This document shows, piece by piece, positions 1 through 8,650 of a stretch of DNA of 32,000 nucleotides. The stretch lies in the NCBI RefSeq assembly GCF_000018465.1, contig NC_010085.1, positions 210,001 through 242,000 of the forward strand, written 5' to 3'. The notes beneath the pieces are model-generated. The model did no database searches and was not told where the DNA came from. It worked only from the letters and a program-made list of their open reading frames with translations. Made by a program: the position numbers and the translations under genes. The DNA is from Nitrosopumilus maritimus SCM1 (GTDB lineage: Archaea > Thermoproteota > Nitrososphaeria > Nitrososphaerales > Nitrosopumilaceae). How positions within the stretch are numbered: the first letter of the stretch is position 1; each line of letters opens with the position of its first letter.

Positions 1-82
1 ATCTAAAATTATTTTTAGAATTTTTATTTTTGTTGATTTTTGTCGATCTATTCTAGTTTAGTCACGACTAATTTTATCTAGC

Positions 83-90
83 TTTAAATA
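83..90 (+). promoter_or_regulatory. TATA-like box (TTTAAATA) for the ferredoxin gene
   Basis: AT-rich octamer centred ~26 nt upstream of the ATG at 113; this spacing fits an archaeal TATA-to-TSS distance and a leaderless mRNA. Confidence 0.4.
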
Positions 91-112
91 ATATTTTAAA
101 ATAAAATATTTC

Positions 113-649
113 ATGCCAATAGATGAGAAATTTGTTGAAAATCTAGAAGTCACTGGAAAGACATTGCACTCAGATGGTGAAAATAAACACTTCATCTGGG
201 GTAGCGGCAGAACTGATGGTGAGGCATTTTCAAACGATGATGTCAAAGCAGCATATGAAGCAAGAGGAGAAGAACAAGTTCCTCTTGGAATTCACGGTAC
301 AACTGTAGCAGTTGACTGGGATTCTTGTGTTGCAGCAGGTTCTTGTATGAGTGTCTGTCCTGTTCAAACCTTCCAATGGTATAGAACTGAAAAAGATATC
401 CCAGCAAAAGATGTCAATGGTGCAACTTTTGACGGAACTGGTTTAACTGAACAAGATGAACGTCTAGATTATACAGATAAATCACAACCAATCAGAGAAC
501 ACGATTGTACACAATGTATGGCTTGCCAAGAAGCATGTCCAACACACGCAATCTTGATTGAACCATCTTACCAAGAGTATCACGAAAAAGCTGATGGCTC
601 TTATGTAAAAATGGAATCAAGCTCTGTAAATCCACACGCACACGATTAA
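113..649 (+). CDS. Dicluster [3Fe-4S][4Fe-4S] ferredoxin, Sulfolobus-type (zinc-ferredoxin-like) with an internal insertion
   Basis: 178-aa ORF. Core 'LGIHGTTVAVDWDSCVAAGSCMSVCPVQTFQW' resembles the Sulfolobus 7Fe ferredoxin core. First motif C-x5-C-x3-CP lacks the second Cys (3Fe type). Second motif CTQCMACQEACP is a complete CxxCxxCxxxCP. Confidence 0.8.
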   Translation: MPIDEKFVENLEVTGKTLHSDGENKHFIWGSGRTDGEAFSNDDVKAAYEARGEEQVPLGIHGTTVAVDWDSCVAAGSCMSVCPVQTFQWYRTEKDIPAKDVNGATFDGTGLTEQDERLDYTDKSQPIREHDCTQCMACQEACPTHAILIEPSYQEYHEKADGSYVKMESSSVNPHAHD

Positions 650-654
650 AGAAA

Positions 655-676
655 TTTTTTCTTTTTTCTTATTTTT
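655..676 (+). terminator. Oligo-T tract, candidate archaeal terminator after the ferredoxin gene
   Basis: TTTTTTcTTTTTTcttaTTTTT begins 6 nt after the stop codon; archaeal RNA polymerase terminates at T-runs. Confidence 0.35.
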
Positions 677-729
677 ACAAATTCAATACAGACTCAACAA
701 ATTTTAATGTCTATAATCCATAATTTTTT

Positions 730-813
730 GCAGAGGTCGCCTAGCTCGGTAGGGCGCGGGCCTTGAGAGCCTGTGTGCGCAAGCATACGGGGGTTCAAAT
801 CCCTCTCTCTGCG
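730..813 (+). tRNA. tRNA-Ser (anticodon UGA), class II with long variable arm
   Basis: Hand-folded cloverleaf. Acceptor GCAGAGG/TCTCTGC. Anticodon stem CGGGC/GCCTG with loop CTTGAGA. Variable arm TGTGC-GCAA-GCATA. T arm GGGGG-TTCAAAT-CCCTC. Discriminator G. No encoded CCA. Confidence 0.9.
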
Positions 814-816
814 TTT

Positions 817-1767
817 TTAATTTTCTACTTTGGCAAGTTCTGCAAGCATTGCAGATAGTTGGATTTCAGAATTTGAACCAACTAAAATTCTATAATCATA
901 TTTTGCAATAATTTCTAAAATATCTGATAACTTGTCATGTTTTGATTTGAAGACTGCGGAATTCAAATATTTCAAAAAATCTGATTCTGACATTCCATAA
1001 ACTTTGATTAATTCAATCATCTTTTCTCTGGCCTCTGGAACTTTTCCTGATAATGCAATTTTTAGAACTTCATCTACATCTGTAGTTTTTGTCAATCCAG
1101 CAGATGCTTTTACGTTATCTTCTGAAATTGAACCTAAACTTGCAGTAGCTTGCATGAGATTTATTGCATGTCTCAAATCCCCTTCAGAATAATCATAAAT
1201 TGCCTTTAACCCCTTTTTGTCTGCCTTTACCTTTTCTTTTTTGGCAATCTCTTCTAGTCTTTTTATGACATCTTCTTCAGGAACTGCCGTAAATTTGAAA
1301 GTAGCACATCTACTCTGAATAGGATCAATAATTTTTGAGATGTTGTTTGCAATCAAGATAAATCTACATATTTTTGCAGTATCTTCAATAATTCTTCTAA
1401 GTGCTGTTTGAGCATCAGAAGTCATTTCATCAGCTTCATCTAAAATTATAATTTTGAATGGAACATCTGCCATGCCTGCATATCTTGAAAACTTTTTCAC
1501 CTTTTCTCTGACCATTCCAATTCCTCTTTCATCAGATGCGTTTAGTTCTAAGGTGTAATCCTTAGCATAATCCCCTAAAATCTGTCTGGAGATACATAAT
1601 GCAGTTGTTGTTTTTCCAACACCAGCTGATCCAGAAAATAATAGGTGAGGCATATCTGTAGGATCTTTGATTAAAGCTTCAAGACTTCCAATAATTTCTG
1701 TTTGATTAACTACTTCAGAAAGTTTCATTGGTCGATATTTTTCTACCCACATTCCAGTTGCAGCCAT
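817..1767 (-). CDS. rfcS: Replication factor C small subunit (clamp loader)
   Basis: 'WVEKYRP' N-terminal box, Walker A GSAGVGKTT, Walker B ILDEADEM, SRC motif (QSRCATF). The longest ORF reaches 1785. In-frame ATGs at 1767 and 1752 are more plausible because a TATA-like TAATAAAT lies at 1793-1800. The start is uncertain by +/-18 nt. Confidence 0.92.
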   Translation of the reverse strand: MAATGMWVEKYRPMKLSEVVNQTEIIGSLEALIKDPTDMPHLLFSGSAGVGKTTTALCISRQILGDYAKDYTLELNASDERGIGMVREKVKKFSRYAGMADVPFKIIILDEADEMTSDAQTALRRIIEDTAKICRFILIANNISKIIDPIQSRCATFKFTAVPEEDVIKRLEEIAKKEKVKADKKGLKAIYDYSEGDLRHAINLMQATASLGSISEDNVKASAGLTKTTDVDEVLKIALSGKVPEAREKMIELIKVYGMSESDFLKYLNSAVFKSKHDKLSDILEIIAKYDYRILVGSNSEIQLSAMLAELAKVEN

Positions 1768-1862
1768 ATGAGTACATGGAAGCAATTCCCACTAATAAAT
1801 CCGAATTGGTTATTGTATCATCCCCCATTATTCAAATCAAAATTATTCGTAAACTTGTGTGC

Positions 1863-1959
1863 GATCAGGCTCAAGTTAATTTAGATCAATTGATCTCACC
1901 AAATTGTAAAAAGAATTGATCGATCCGAAACTTGAGGATCTTCAAGATGATCAGTGATC
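1863..1959. promoter_or_regulatory. GATC/TGATC-rich palindromic cluster in the rfcS / GINS-MCM divergent control region
   Basis: 8 GATC tetramers in 97 bp (starting at 1863, 1884, 1892, 1918, 1922, 1937, 1949, 1956). Includes the perfect 14-bp palindrome AGATCAATTGATCT at 1883-1896 and GATCGATC at 1918-1925. The cluster ends 5 nt before the ATG at 1964. Confidence 0.5.
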
Positions 1960-1963
1960 TCTA

Positions 1964-2482
1964 ATGGAAATAGATAAAGTAGAAAAAGTACATTCGATTG
2001 GATACCGCCTAAAGGATGCTAAAGTTACAGTTAACCAAGACTACAAATTCAATGTGGCTGGTCTCAAGGCTGAAGGAAAACAAGGTGAGGTAAACAACAT
2101 GCCTCAGTGGGTAGGCAAAATCTTAGCAGACAATAATTTGGGAGTTCTTGACTCTCCTGATATGATTACTGAACTCAAACAAGCATTATCAAAAGAAAAA
2201 ATGGTTGGAGAATATCAAATATCTACACTTGATTCTCACTTTTACATTAAACTAAAGGAATCTATGAAAGAATTGAACAGAGATGATTTTGATAAAGTCG
2301 AAAGTATGATGTTGGAATTATTTAGAATGAGGAGAGGAAAGTTAGTAAAGTTAGCTGACTCTATAAAACTAAATTCAGATTTGTACAACAAACTAACTGT
2401 TGAAGAAGTTGTTTTTTACAAAACCATCTATGAAAATAGTATAGAATTTGAAAATCAAATAAAAGGTGAACAAGATGAGTAG
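1964..2482 (+). CDS. GINS23-like subunit (Psf2/Psf3-type, B-domain then A-domain)
   Basis: 172 aa. N-terminal 'MPQWVGKILADNNLGVL' matches the GINS B-domain LPxWxAxxL pattern. C-terminal 'RRGKLVKLA...LTVEEVVFY' matches the A-domain R..KI / LT.EE pattern. Sits immediately upstream of mcm and overlaps it, as gins23-mcm does in Sulfolobus. Confidence 0.55.
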   Translation: MEIDKVEKVHSIGYRLKDAKVTVNQDYKFNVAGLKAEGKQGEVNNMPQWVGKILADNNLGVLDSPDMITELKQALSKEKMVGEYQISTLDSHFYIKLKESMKELNRDDFDKVESMMLELFRMRRGKLVKLADSIKLNSDLYNKLTVEEVVFYKTIYENSIEFENQIKGEQDE

Positions 2483-4562
2483 TGCTCAAACTAGTACGTT
2501 TACTGATTCAGCGTTATCTGACAAAGTAAAAGAGTTCTTGACTAGATTCAAAGATGCTAATGGTGAATACAAGTATGTACAAGAAATTGATGAGATGATG
2601 CCAAAGAATTCAAAATACATTATCGTTGATTACAATGATCTTATTGTTGAACCTGAAATCATATCTATATTCTCAGAAAATCCTGATAGAATATTTGATG
2701 CATTCTCAAGAGCAATAAAAGAAGCGTTACAAACAAGATTCCCTGATTATGCTGAAAAAATTAAAGATGAAGTTCGTGTTAGGTTAGTCAATTATCCTTC
2801 TGAACGAAGTCTTAGACAAATTAATGCTGAAACTATTGGAACCATTACAAGTGTTTCCGGAATGGTAGTTAGAGCTTCTGAAGTAAAACCTCTTGCAAAA
2901 GAGTTGATCTTTGTTTGTCCTGATGAACATCAGACTAAAGTGATTCAGATTAAAGGAATGGATGTAAAGGTTCCAGTTGTTTGTGATAATCCAAATTGTA
3001 AACAAAGAGATTTTGATTTAAAACCTGAAGCAAGTAAATTCATTGATTTTCAGATAATGAGATTACAAGAACTTCCTGAAGATCTGCCTCCTGGACAACT
3101 CCCTCACTATATTGATGTGACTGTTAGACAGGATTTAGTAGATAATGCTAGGCCTGGAGACAGAATTGTCCTTACAGGGGTAGTTAGAGTAGAACAAGAG
3201 TCTGTTACCGGTGTCACTCGTGGTCATAGTGGACTGTATAGACTGAGAATTGAAGGAAATAACATTGAATTTTTGGGTGGACGTGGTTCAAAAACTTCAA
3301 GAAAAATTGAAAGAGAAGAAATTTCTCCTGAAGAAGAAAAAATGATTAAAGCATTAGCTGCTAGTCCTGATGTTTATCAAAGATTAATTGATTCATTTGC
3401 TCCACACATCCAAGGACAATCATTAATCAAAGAAGCCATTTTGTTACTAATTGTAGGTTCTAATCAAAGACCATTAGGTGATGGCAGTAAAATTAGAGGA
3501 GACATTAACGTATTTCTTGTTGGTGACCCTGGTACTGCAAAAAGTGAGATGCTAAAATTTTGTTCTAGAATAGCTCCACGTGGTTTGTATACTTCTGGTA
3601 GAGGTTCAACTGCAGCAGGACTCACTGCTGCAGTTGTAAGAGACAAAACAGGAATTATGATGCTAGAAGCTGGTGCAGTTGTACTTGGTGATCAAGGTCT
3701 TGTAAGTATAGATGAATTCGATAAGATGAAACCTGAGGATAGAAGTGCATTGCACGAAGTCATGGAACAACAGTCTGCAAGTATTGCAAAAGGTGGTATC
3801 GTTGCAACATTAAACGCAAGAACATCTATTTTAGCTGCAGCAAACCCTATGTATGGAAAATATGATCCATTCAAAAACATCACTGAAAATGTCAATTTAC
3901 CAATTCCTCTTTTGACAAGATTTGATTTGATCTTTGTAGTTAGGGACATTCCAACCAAAGAACGTGATGAACAAATTGCAAGACACATTATAGAATTACA
4001 CACTCCTCAAGGAACTGATAAAAAATCTGTAGTTGATGTTGATTTACTTACAAAATATCTCTCATATGCTAAACGAGGTACTCCAGATCTAACAAAAGAG
4101 GCAGAACAAAAAATTCTTGATTATTATCTAGAAATGAGAAACGTTGAATCTGAGGAAATGATTACAGTTACTCCTAGACAACTTGAGGGTATTATCAGAC
4201 TTTCAACTGCTCGAGCAAGACTACTCATGAAAGATAAGGTAGAAGAAGAGGACGCTGAGCGTGCAATATTCCTGATTCAAAGCATGCTTCAAGATGCTGG
4301 TGTTGATGTTAATACTGGAAAAGTCGATCTTGGTGTTCTACAAGGAAAACCTAGAAGCGAAGTCTCTAAAATGCAGTTATTCATGGATATTCTCAAAGGA
4401 TTAGAAGGTGACAACAAGATTCCTGTTGAAGAAAAAGCATTTGTTAAAGAACTTGAAAAGAGTGAAAAATTCACTGAGGAAGAAGCAAGAAATTACATTA
4501 GAAGAATGCTCAGAGAAGCATCTATTTATGAATCAAAACCCGGTCATTATAACCGAGTATGA
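2475..4562 (+). CDS. mcm: MCM replicative helicase
   Basis: Walker A GDPGTAKS, Walker B SIDEFDKM, arginine-finger region TRFDLIF, N-terminal Zn motif region, C-terminal winged-helix-like tail. The ORF track starts at GTG 2466; ATG at 2475 is preferred. It overlaps the GINS stop. Confidence 0.95.
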   Translation: MSSAQTSTFTDSALSDKVKEFLTRFKDANGEYKYVQEIDEMMPKNSKYIIVDYNDLIVEPEIISIFSENPDRIFDAFSRAIKEALQTRFPDYAEKIKDEVRVRLVNYPSERSLRQINAETIGTITSVSGMVVRASEVKPLAKELIFVCPDEHQTKVIQIKGMDVKVPVVCDNPNCKQRDFDLKPEASKFIDFQIMRLQELPEDLPPGQLPHYIDVTVRQDLVDNARPGDRIVLTGVVRVEQESVTGVTRGHSGLYRLRIEGNNIEFLGGRGSKTSRKIEREEISPEEEKMIKALAASPDVYQRLIDSFAPHIQGQSLIKEAILLLIVGSNQRPLGDGSKIRGDINVFLVGDPGTAKSEMLKFCSRIAPRGLYTSGRGSTAAGLTAAVVRDKTGIMMLEAGAVVLGDQGLVSIDEFDKMKPEDRSALHEVMEQQSASIAKGGIVATLNARTSILAAANPMYGKYDPFKNITENVNLPIPLLTRFDLIFVVRDIPTKERDEQIARHIIELHTPQGTDKKSVVDVDLLTKYLSYAKRGTPDLTKEAEQKILDYYLEMRNVESEEMITVTPRQLEGIIRLSTARARLLMKDKVEEEDAERAIFLIQSMLQDAGVDVNTGKVDLGVLQGKPRSEVSKMQLFMDILKGLEGDNKIPVEEKAFVKELEKSEKFTEEEARNYIRRMLREASIYESKPGHYNRV

Positions 4563-6688
4563 AAATAGAAAAACTAGAACTTCCAGAATCTGCAATTGAA
4601 TTTTTAAAATCACAAGGATTTGAAAAATTATATCCACCACAAGCTGATAGCGTAAAATCTGGATTACTTGACGGAAAAAATATACTGGTATCTGCTCCAA
4701 CTGCAAGTGGAAAAACTTTGATTGCAATGCTTGCAATGATGAGTTACATTTCAAAAAATAAAGGCAAAGTGATCTATCTCAGTCCTTTGAGAGCTTTGGC
4801 TGCTGAAAAATTCTCAGAATTTAAAAAATTAGAAAAAGTTGGATTGGGAAATAAAACCAAAGTTGGAATATCTACTGGTGATTTTGAAAATATTGAAAAA
4901 AATCTAGAAAAAAATAGCATTTTGATTTTGACTAATGAAAAAATGGATTCTATAATACGACATGGCGCTGAATGGATTGATGAAATTGGTTTAGTAATTG
5001 CAGATGAAGTTCATCTAATTGGTGATGAAAGTAGAGGTCCAACATTGGAGATGATCTTAACTCAACTCAAGCTCTTGGAAACAAAACCTCAAATCGTTGG
5101 TCTTAGTGCAACCATTACAAATTCTGATGAAATTGCAGATTGGCTTGAATGTGTTTTAGTAGAAAATTCTTGGAGACCTGTACCACTTTCAGAAGGAGTA
5201 TGTGATGCAGGTGAAGTAACTATGGCTGATGGCACTGTATTTGAAGTTGAGCGTAGTATACGTGGAACTCCTATTGATTTAGGCGTGCAATCGGTCAAAG
5301 ATGGCGGACAATCACTAGTTTTTGCTGAAACCAGAACCCGCTCAAAATCTCTTGCAACAAAAGCTGCAGATGCAATATCTCAAATCTTGGAGAAAAAAGA
5401 AATATCTCAATTAGAAAAAACTTCAAAAAAAATCCTATCTGAAAATGAACATACAGAATTGGTAAAAACATTGGCTCTTCTGGTAAAAAAAGGAGTTGCA
5501 TTTCATCATGCCGGATTAAATCAAAACTGTCGAGAAATAATAGAAACAGAATTTAGAAATGGGACTATCAAATTGCTATCATCTACTCCAACTTTAGCTG
5601 CAGGAGTTAATTTACCTGCAAGAAGAGTTGTAATTTCTAATGTAAATAGATACAATGCAAAGGTTGGTGCAAATAGACCAATTAGTATTCTAGAATACAA
5701 ACAGCTTTGTGGAAGAGCAGGACGACCACAATATGATAATCATGGAGAATCAATTATTGTTGGTAATGGAAATACTGATGATTTAATTGACTATTACATT
5801 CATGGGGAACCTGAACCCATTGAATCTAAAATTACTGATGACAAATCATTAAGAACACACTTGCTTAGTGTTATTGTAACAAATCCTGGAATTAAAAAAG
5901 AAGATATTCTAGAATTCTTTTTGCAAACGCTTGGTGGTATGCAATCTCGTAAAGCAACTGTAAAATTTGCAATTGATATTTCCTTACGCTTTCTTTCTAG
6001 TCAGTATTTGATTGTCAAAAAAGGTGAAAGATATGCTGCAACTGAATTTGGTAAAAAAACTTCAATGCTATACATTGATCCACTTACAGCTACTTACTTT
6101 AGGGATGCACTTGAAAATGTGTCTGAAGAAAGAAAACACACATTTGGATTCCTGCATTTAATTTCAAATTGTGAAGAATTTTTCCCAAAATTCTCTCTAA
6201 GGCAAAAAGACTATGAAACAGCAAGTCTTATGATAGAAAACAATTCGTCAGAACTCTTAGAACCAATTTCAGAGTATGATTGCTCTAGAAGTCTTTTGGC
6301 CCTTCAGTCATGGATTACTGAATCTACAGAATTAAACCTCTCTGATAGCCTTGGAATTGAGTCTGGTGATATGCATAGAATGACTGAAACTGGGAATTGG
6401 CTTTGTTACTGCCTAAGAGAGATTGCAAAACATGTTGAACGGGCAGATTTGCTTGAAGAATTAGGCGATTTACGCAGACGAATATCTTATGGCATTAGAG
6501 AAGAATTACTTGATCTAGTTAGGGTCAAAGGAATAGGTAGAGTGCGAGCAAGAATTCTATTCAAACATGGAATCAAAAATCTTGATGATCTGGCAAAAAT
6601 TCCTGTGAATAAATTGGCAGAAATAGATAAAATTGGTTCAACCATTGCGGATAACATCAAGACAGAGTTACGAAGGGTTAGATATTGA
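4559..6688 (+). CDS. hel308: Hel308/Hjm-type Ski2-like DNA helicase
   Basis: 709 aa. Motif I APTASGKT, motif II DEVH, 'HHAGL', 'GRAGRP', C-terminal helix-hairpin-helix-like domain. ATGA start/stop overlap with mcm. Confidence 0.9.
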   Translation: MKIEKLELPESAIEFLKSQGFEKLYPPQADSVKSGLLDGKNILVSAPTASGKTLIAMLAMMSYISKNKGKVIYLSPLRALAAEKFSEFKKLEKVGLGNKTKVGISTGDFENIEKNLEKNSILILTNEKMDSIIRHGAEWIDEIGLVIADEVHLIGDESRGPTLEMILTQLKLLETKPQIVGLSATITNSDEIADWLECVLVENSWRPVPLSEGVCDAGEVTMADGTVFEVERSIRGTPIDLGVQSVKDGGQSLVFAETRTRSKSLATKAADAISQILEKKEISQLEKTSKKILSENEHTELVKTLALLVKKGVAFHHAGLNQNCREIIETEFRNGTIKLLSSTPTLAAGVNLPARRVVISNVNRYNAKVGANRPISILEYKQLCGRAGRPQYDNHGESIIVGNGNTDDLIDYYIHGEPEPIESKITDDKSLRTHLLSVIVTNPGIKKEDILEFFLQTLGGMQSRKATVKFAIDISLRFLSSQYLIVKKGERYAATEFGKKTSMLYIDPLTATYFRDALENVSEERKHTFGFLHLISNCEEFFPKFSLRQKDYETASLMIENNSSELLEPISEYDCSRSLLALQSWITESTELNLSDSLGIESGDMHRMTETGNWLCYCLREIAKHVERADLLEELGDLRRRISYGIREELLDLVRVKGIGRVRARILFKHGIKNLDDLAKIPVNKLAEIDKIGSTIADNIKTELRRVRY

Positions 6689-7677
6689 TTAATTTAGTTA
6701 TTCCAGCAATTGTTTCATGTATTATTGCATTTTTTGTTGTTTTTGTTACTACGCCTCCACTAATCAGATTTTTAGAAAAAAGAAACATGGCAGTAAAAGA
6801 TATGAACAAAAAGGAAAACGTTATGGTTGTAAGACCTGGTGGACCATCAATAATTTTGGGAATAATAGTTTCAGAAATTGTTTTGTATGCATTTTTACAA
6901 CTAAATGAAATTATTGCAATTGTCATTACAACTAGTGCTGCATTTGCAATAGGATATGTTGATGATAGAAAAGTTATGGGAGGGTGGTTTAAACCTGTAG
7001 CGCTTGCTATCGCTGCAATTCCAATAATTGTATTTGGTGCATATGAAACTGATTTGGCATTTCCATTATTTGGAGATGTACAAATTCCTGTTCTCTATAT
7101 TGGATTGATTATTCTAATGATTCCAATTACTGGAAACACAATCAACTCTATTGATGTTTTAAATGGAGTTGCAAGTGGATTTATGGTGATAGCAAGTTTT
7201 TCGTTGTCTATTTGTTTATTCATAATACAAAACTATGAAATTGCAATTGTTAGTTTACCTCTGGGATTTGTTTCATTAGCATTTTACAAATATCATAAGA
7301 TACCAAGTAAAATTTTCCCAGGTGACTCTGGGGCTTTAACTTTGGGTGCAATGTATGGCTCTATAGCAATTGTGGGAGGTGTAGAAATTATTGCAGCAGT
7401 TGCATTACTTCCTGCAGTAATTAACTCATTTTTGTTCCTCTCAAGCGTAAAGAAAATAGTAGAACACAGGCAAGTCAAAGGAAAACCTGTAGAACATACT
7501 GAAGGTTTCAAATTAAAAGCAACTGATGATAAAACAGCCCCTGTTACTTTGGTGAGATTAATTCTTGCAGGAGGACCTATGTCTGAAAAGCAAGTGGGAT
7601 TTGCAATCTTTAAACTGGCTGTATTTTCAGGAATTTTGGCTGTAATCACCGCATTCATGATGGGGGTTTCTCTTTGA
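6685..7677 (+). CDS. Polyprenyl-phosphate HexNAc-1-phosphate transferase (MraY/WecA/AglH family, GT4)
   Basis: 330-aa polytopic membrane protein with 'VDDRK', 'NSIDVLNG' and 'FPGDSGALTLG' motifs. TTG start overlaps the hel308 stop; the next in-frame Met would delete the first transmembrane helix. Confidence 0.8.
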   Translation: MINLVIPAIVSCIIAFFVVFVTTPPLIRFLEKRNMAVKDMNKKENVMVVRPGGPSIILGIIVSEIVLYAFLQLNEIIAIVITTSAAFAIGYVDDRKVMGGWFKPVALAIAAIPIIVFGAYETDLAFPLFGDVQIPVLYIGLIILMIPITGNTINSIDVLNGVASGFMVIASFSLSICLFIIQNYEIAIVSLPLGFVSLAFYKYHKIPSKIFPGDSGALTLGAMYGSIAIVGGVEIIAAVALLPAVINSFLFLSSVKKIVEHRQVKGKPVEHTEGFKLKATDDKTAPVTLVRLILAGGPMSEKQVGFAIFKLAVFSGILAVITAFMMGVSL

Positions 7678-7904
7678 AGGCTGGAATTTATGGATTTTTG
7701 TTTGCAATGTGGATTTTAATTCTAATTGGTGGTGGAATTATGGTAGTTGTTTTAGGTCCCTTCACAATTCAACAATTTGGAGAATTCAATTGGATGATTG
7801 CATCGGGAATAAAAGTTGGAATTGCGATGATTTTGATTATTGCATGGATTTTGATTCTAACTAAGATGAAGAATTGGATTTTCAGAAAAGAGATAAAATC
7901 TTAA
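7674..7904 (+). CDS. Small hypothetical membrane protein (2 predicted TM helices)
   Basis: 76-aa hydrophobic ORF with a 4-nt overlap onto the preceding gene. TTG start (alternative ATG 33 nt downstream). No recognisable family. Confidence 0.4.
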   Translation: MKAGIYGFLFAMWILILIGGGIMVVVLGPFTIQQFGEFNWMIASGIKVGIAMILIIAWILILTKMKNWIFRKEIKS

Positions 7905-8377
7905 CTTTCTAACCATTCTTTTTGTTTTTTATCGTACTCTTCTCTAGTTTTTCTAATTGTAGCTGGTGAACCCATTACAACAACATTCTCAGGAACATCT
8001 CTGGTTACAACTGATCCCATTGCAACAACACTGTTTTTTCCAACAGTCACTCCAGCTTTTAACACTGCACGTGCTCCAATTATTGCACCATCTTCTATTG
8101 TAACTCCAATCATTTTATCACACATTGGATAAGGATCATTTGTTAAAACAGCAGCTGGTCCAATGAATGCATTTTTACCAATTCTTGAGAGTGGTGGAAT
8201 GTAAGCTGAACCTTCAATCTTTGTATTGTCTCCAATCTTTACATCGTAATCTATGTGAACCAGAGATCCGATTTTGACATTGTCTCCAATCTCCACATTG
8301 TCTCCAACATAACTGAAATGCCAAATTGATACGTTTTGTCCAATTTTTGCTTTATCTGAAATAAAATTTGTAACCAT
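7901..8377 (-). CDS. Left-handed beta-helix (hexapeptide-repeat) sugar N-acetyltransferase
   Basis: Repeated [LIV]-G-x4 hexapeptides ('IGDNVEIGDNVKIGSLVHIDYDVKIGDNTKI'). WbpD/PglD-like size (158 aa). Confidence 0.8.
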   Translation of the reverse strand: MVTNFISDKAKIGQNVSIWHFSYVGDNVEIGDNVKIGSLVHIDYDVKIGDNTKIEGSAYIPPLSRIGKNAFIGPAAVLTNDPYPMCDKMIGVTIEDGAIIGARAVLKAGVTVGKNSVVAMGSVVTRDVPENVVVMGSPATIRKTREEYDKKQKEWLES

Positions 8378-8380
8378 TTT

Positions 8381-8650
8381 CTATAAGTGCCATGGTTTTG
8401 CCTTTGTAATAATTTTTTCAGGTAATTTATCTTTGAAATTTTCTAAAAATTCCATTTCTTGTTTTTTATCACGTAATTCATCAGGAAGCATAATTGGAAT
8501 TTCTTCAATTATAGGATAAAATCTAGTGCATTTTGGACAAAACAAAACCCCTTCTGAAACAATGTCACTTTTTTCATTTATCTCAAACAATTCTAAAGGG
8601 TGATTCTTGTCAATTGGACATGCTAGTATGTCCGTCATAGTTTTGTTCAT
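8381..8650 (-). CDS. Trm112-like small zinc-ribbon protein (UPF0434/DUF343-like)
   Basis: 'LACPIDKNHPL...LFCPKCTRFYPIIEEIPIML' matches the Trm112 fold signature. 4-nt overlap with the upstream oxidoreductase gene. Confidence 0.7.
   Translation of the reverse strand: MNKTMTDILACPIDKNHPLELFEINEKSDIVSEGVLFCPKCTRFYPIIEEIPIMLPDELRDKKQEMEFLENFKDKLPEKIITKAKPWHL

Noticed and set aside
1786-1963. Possibility that the GATC-rich rfcS/GINS intergenic region is a replication origin
   Set aside because: There is no adjacent orc1/cdc6 gene and I could recognise no ORB/mini-ORB-like repeats. No extended AT-rich unwinding element stands out beyond the genome's general AT-richness. I keep it as a regulatory or methylation-site cluster. 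A genome-wide skew or MFA analysis would be needed to revisit this.
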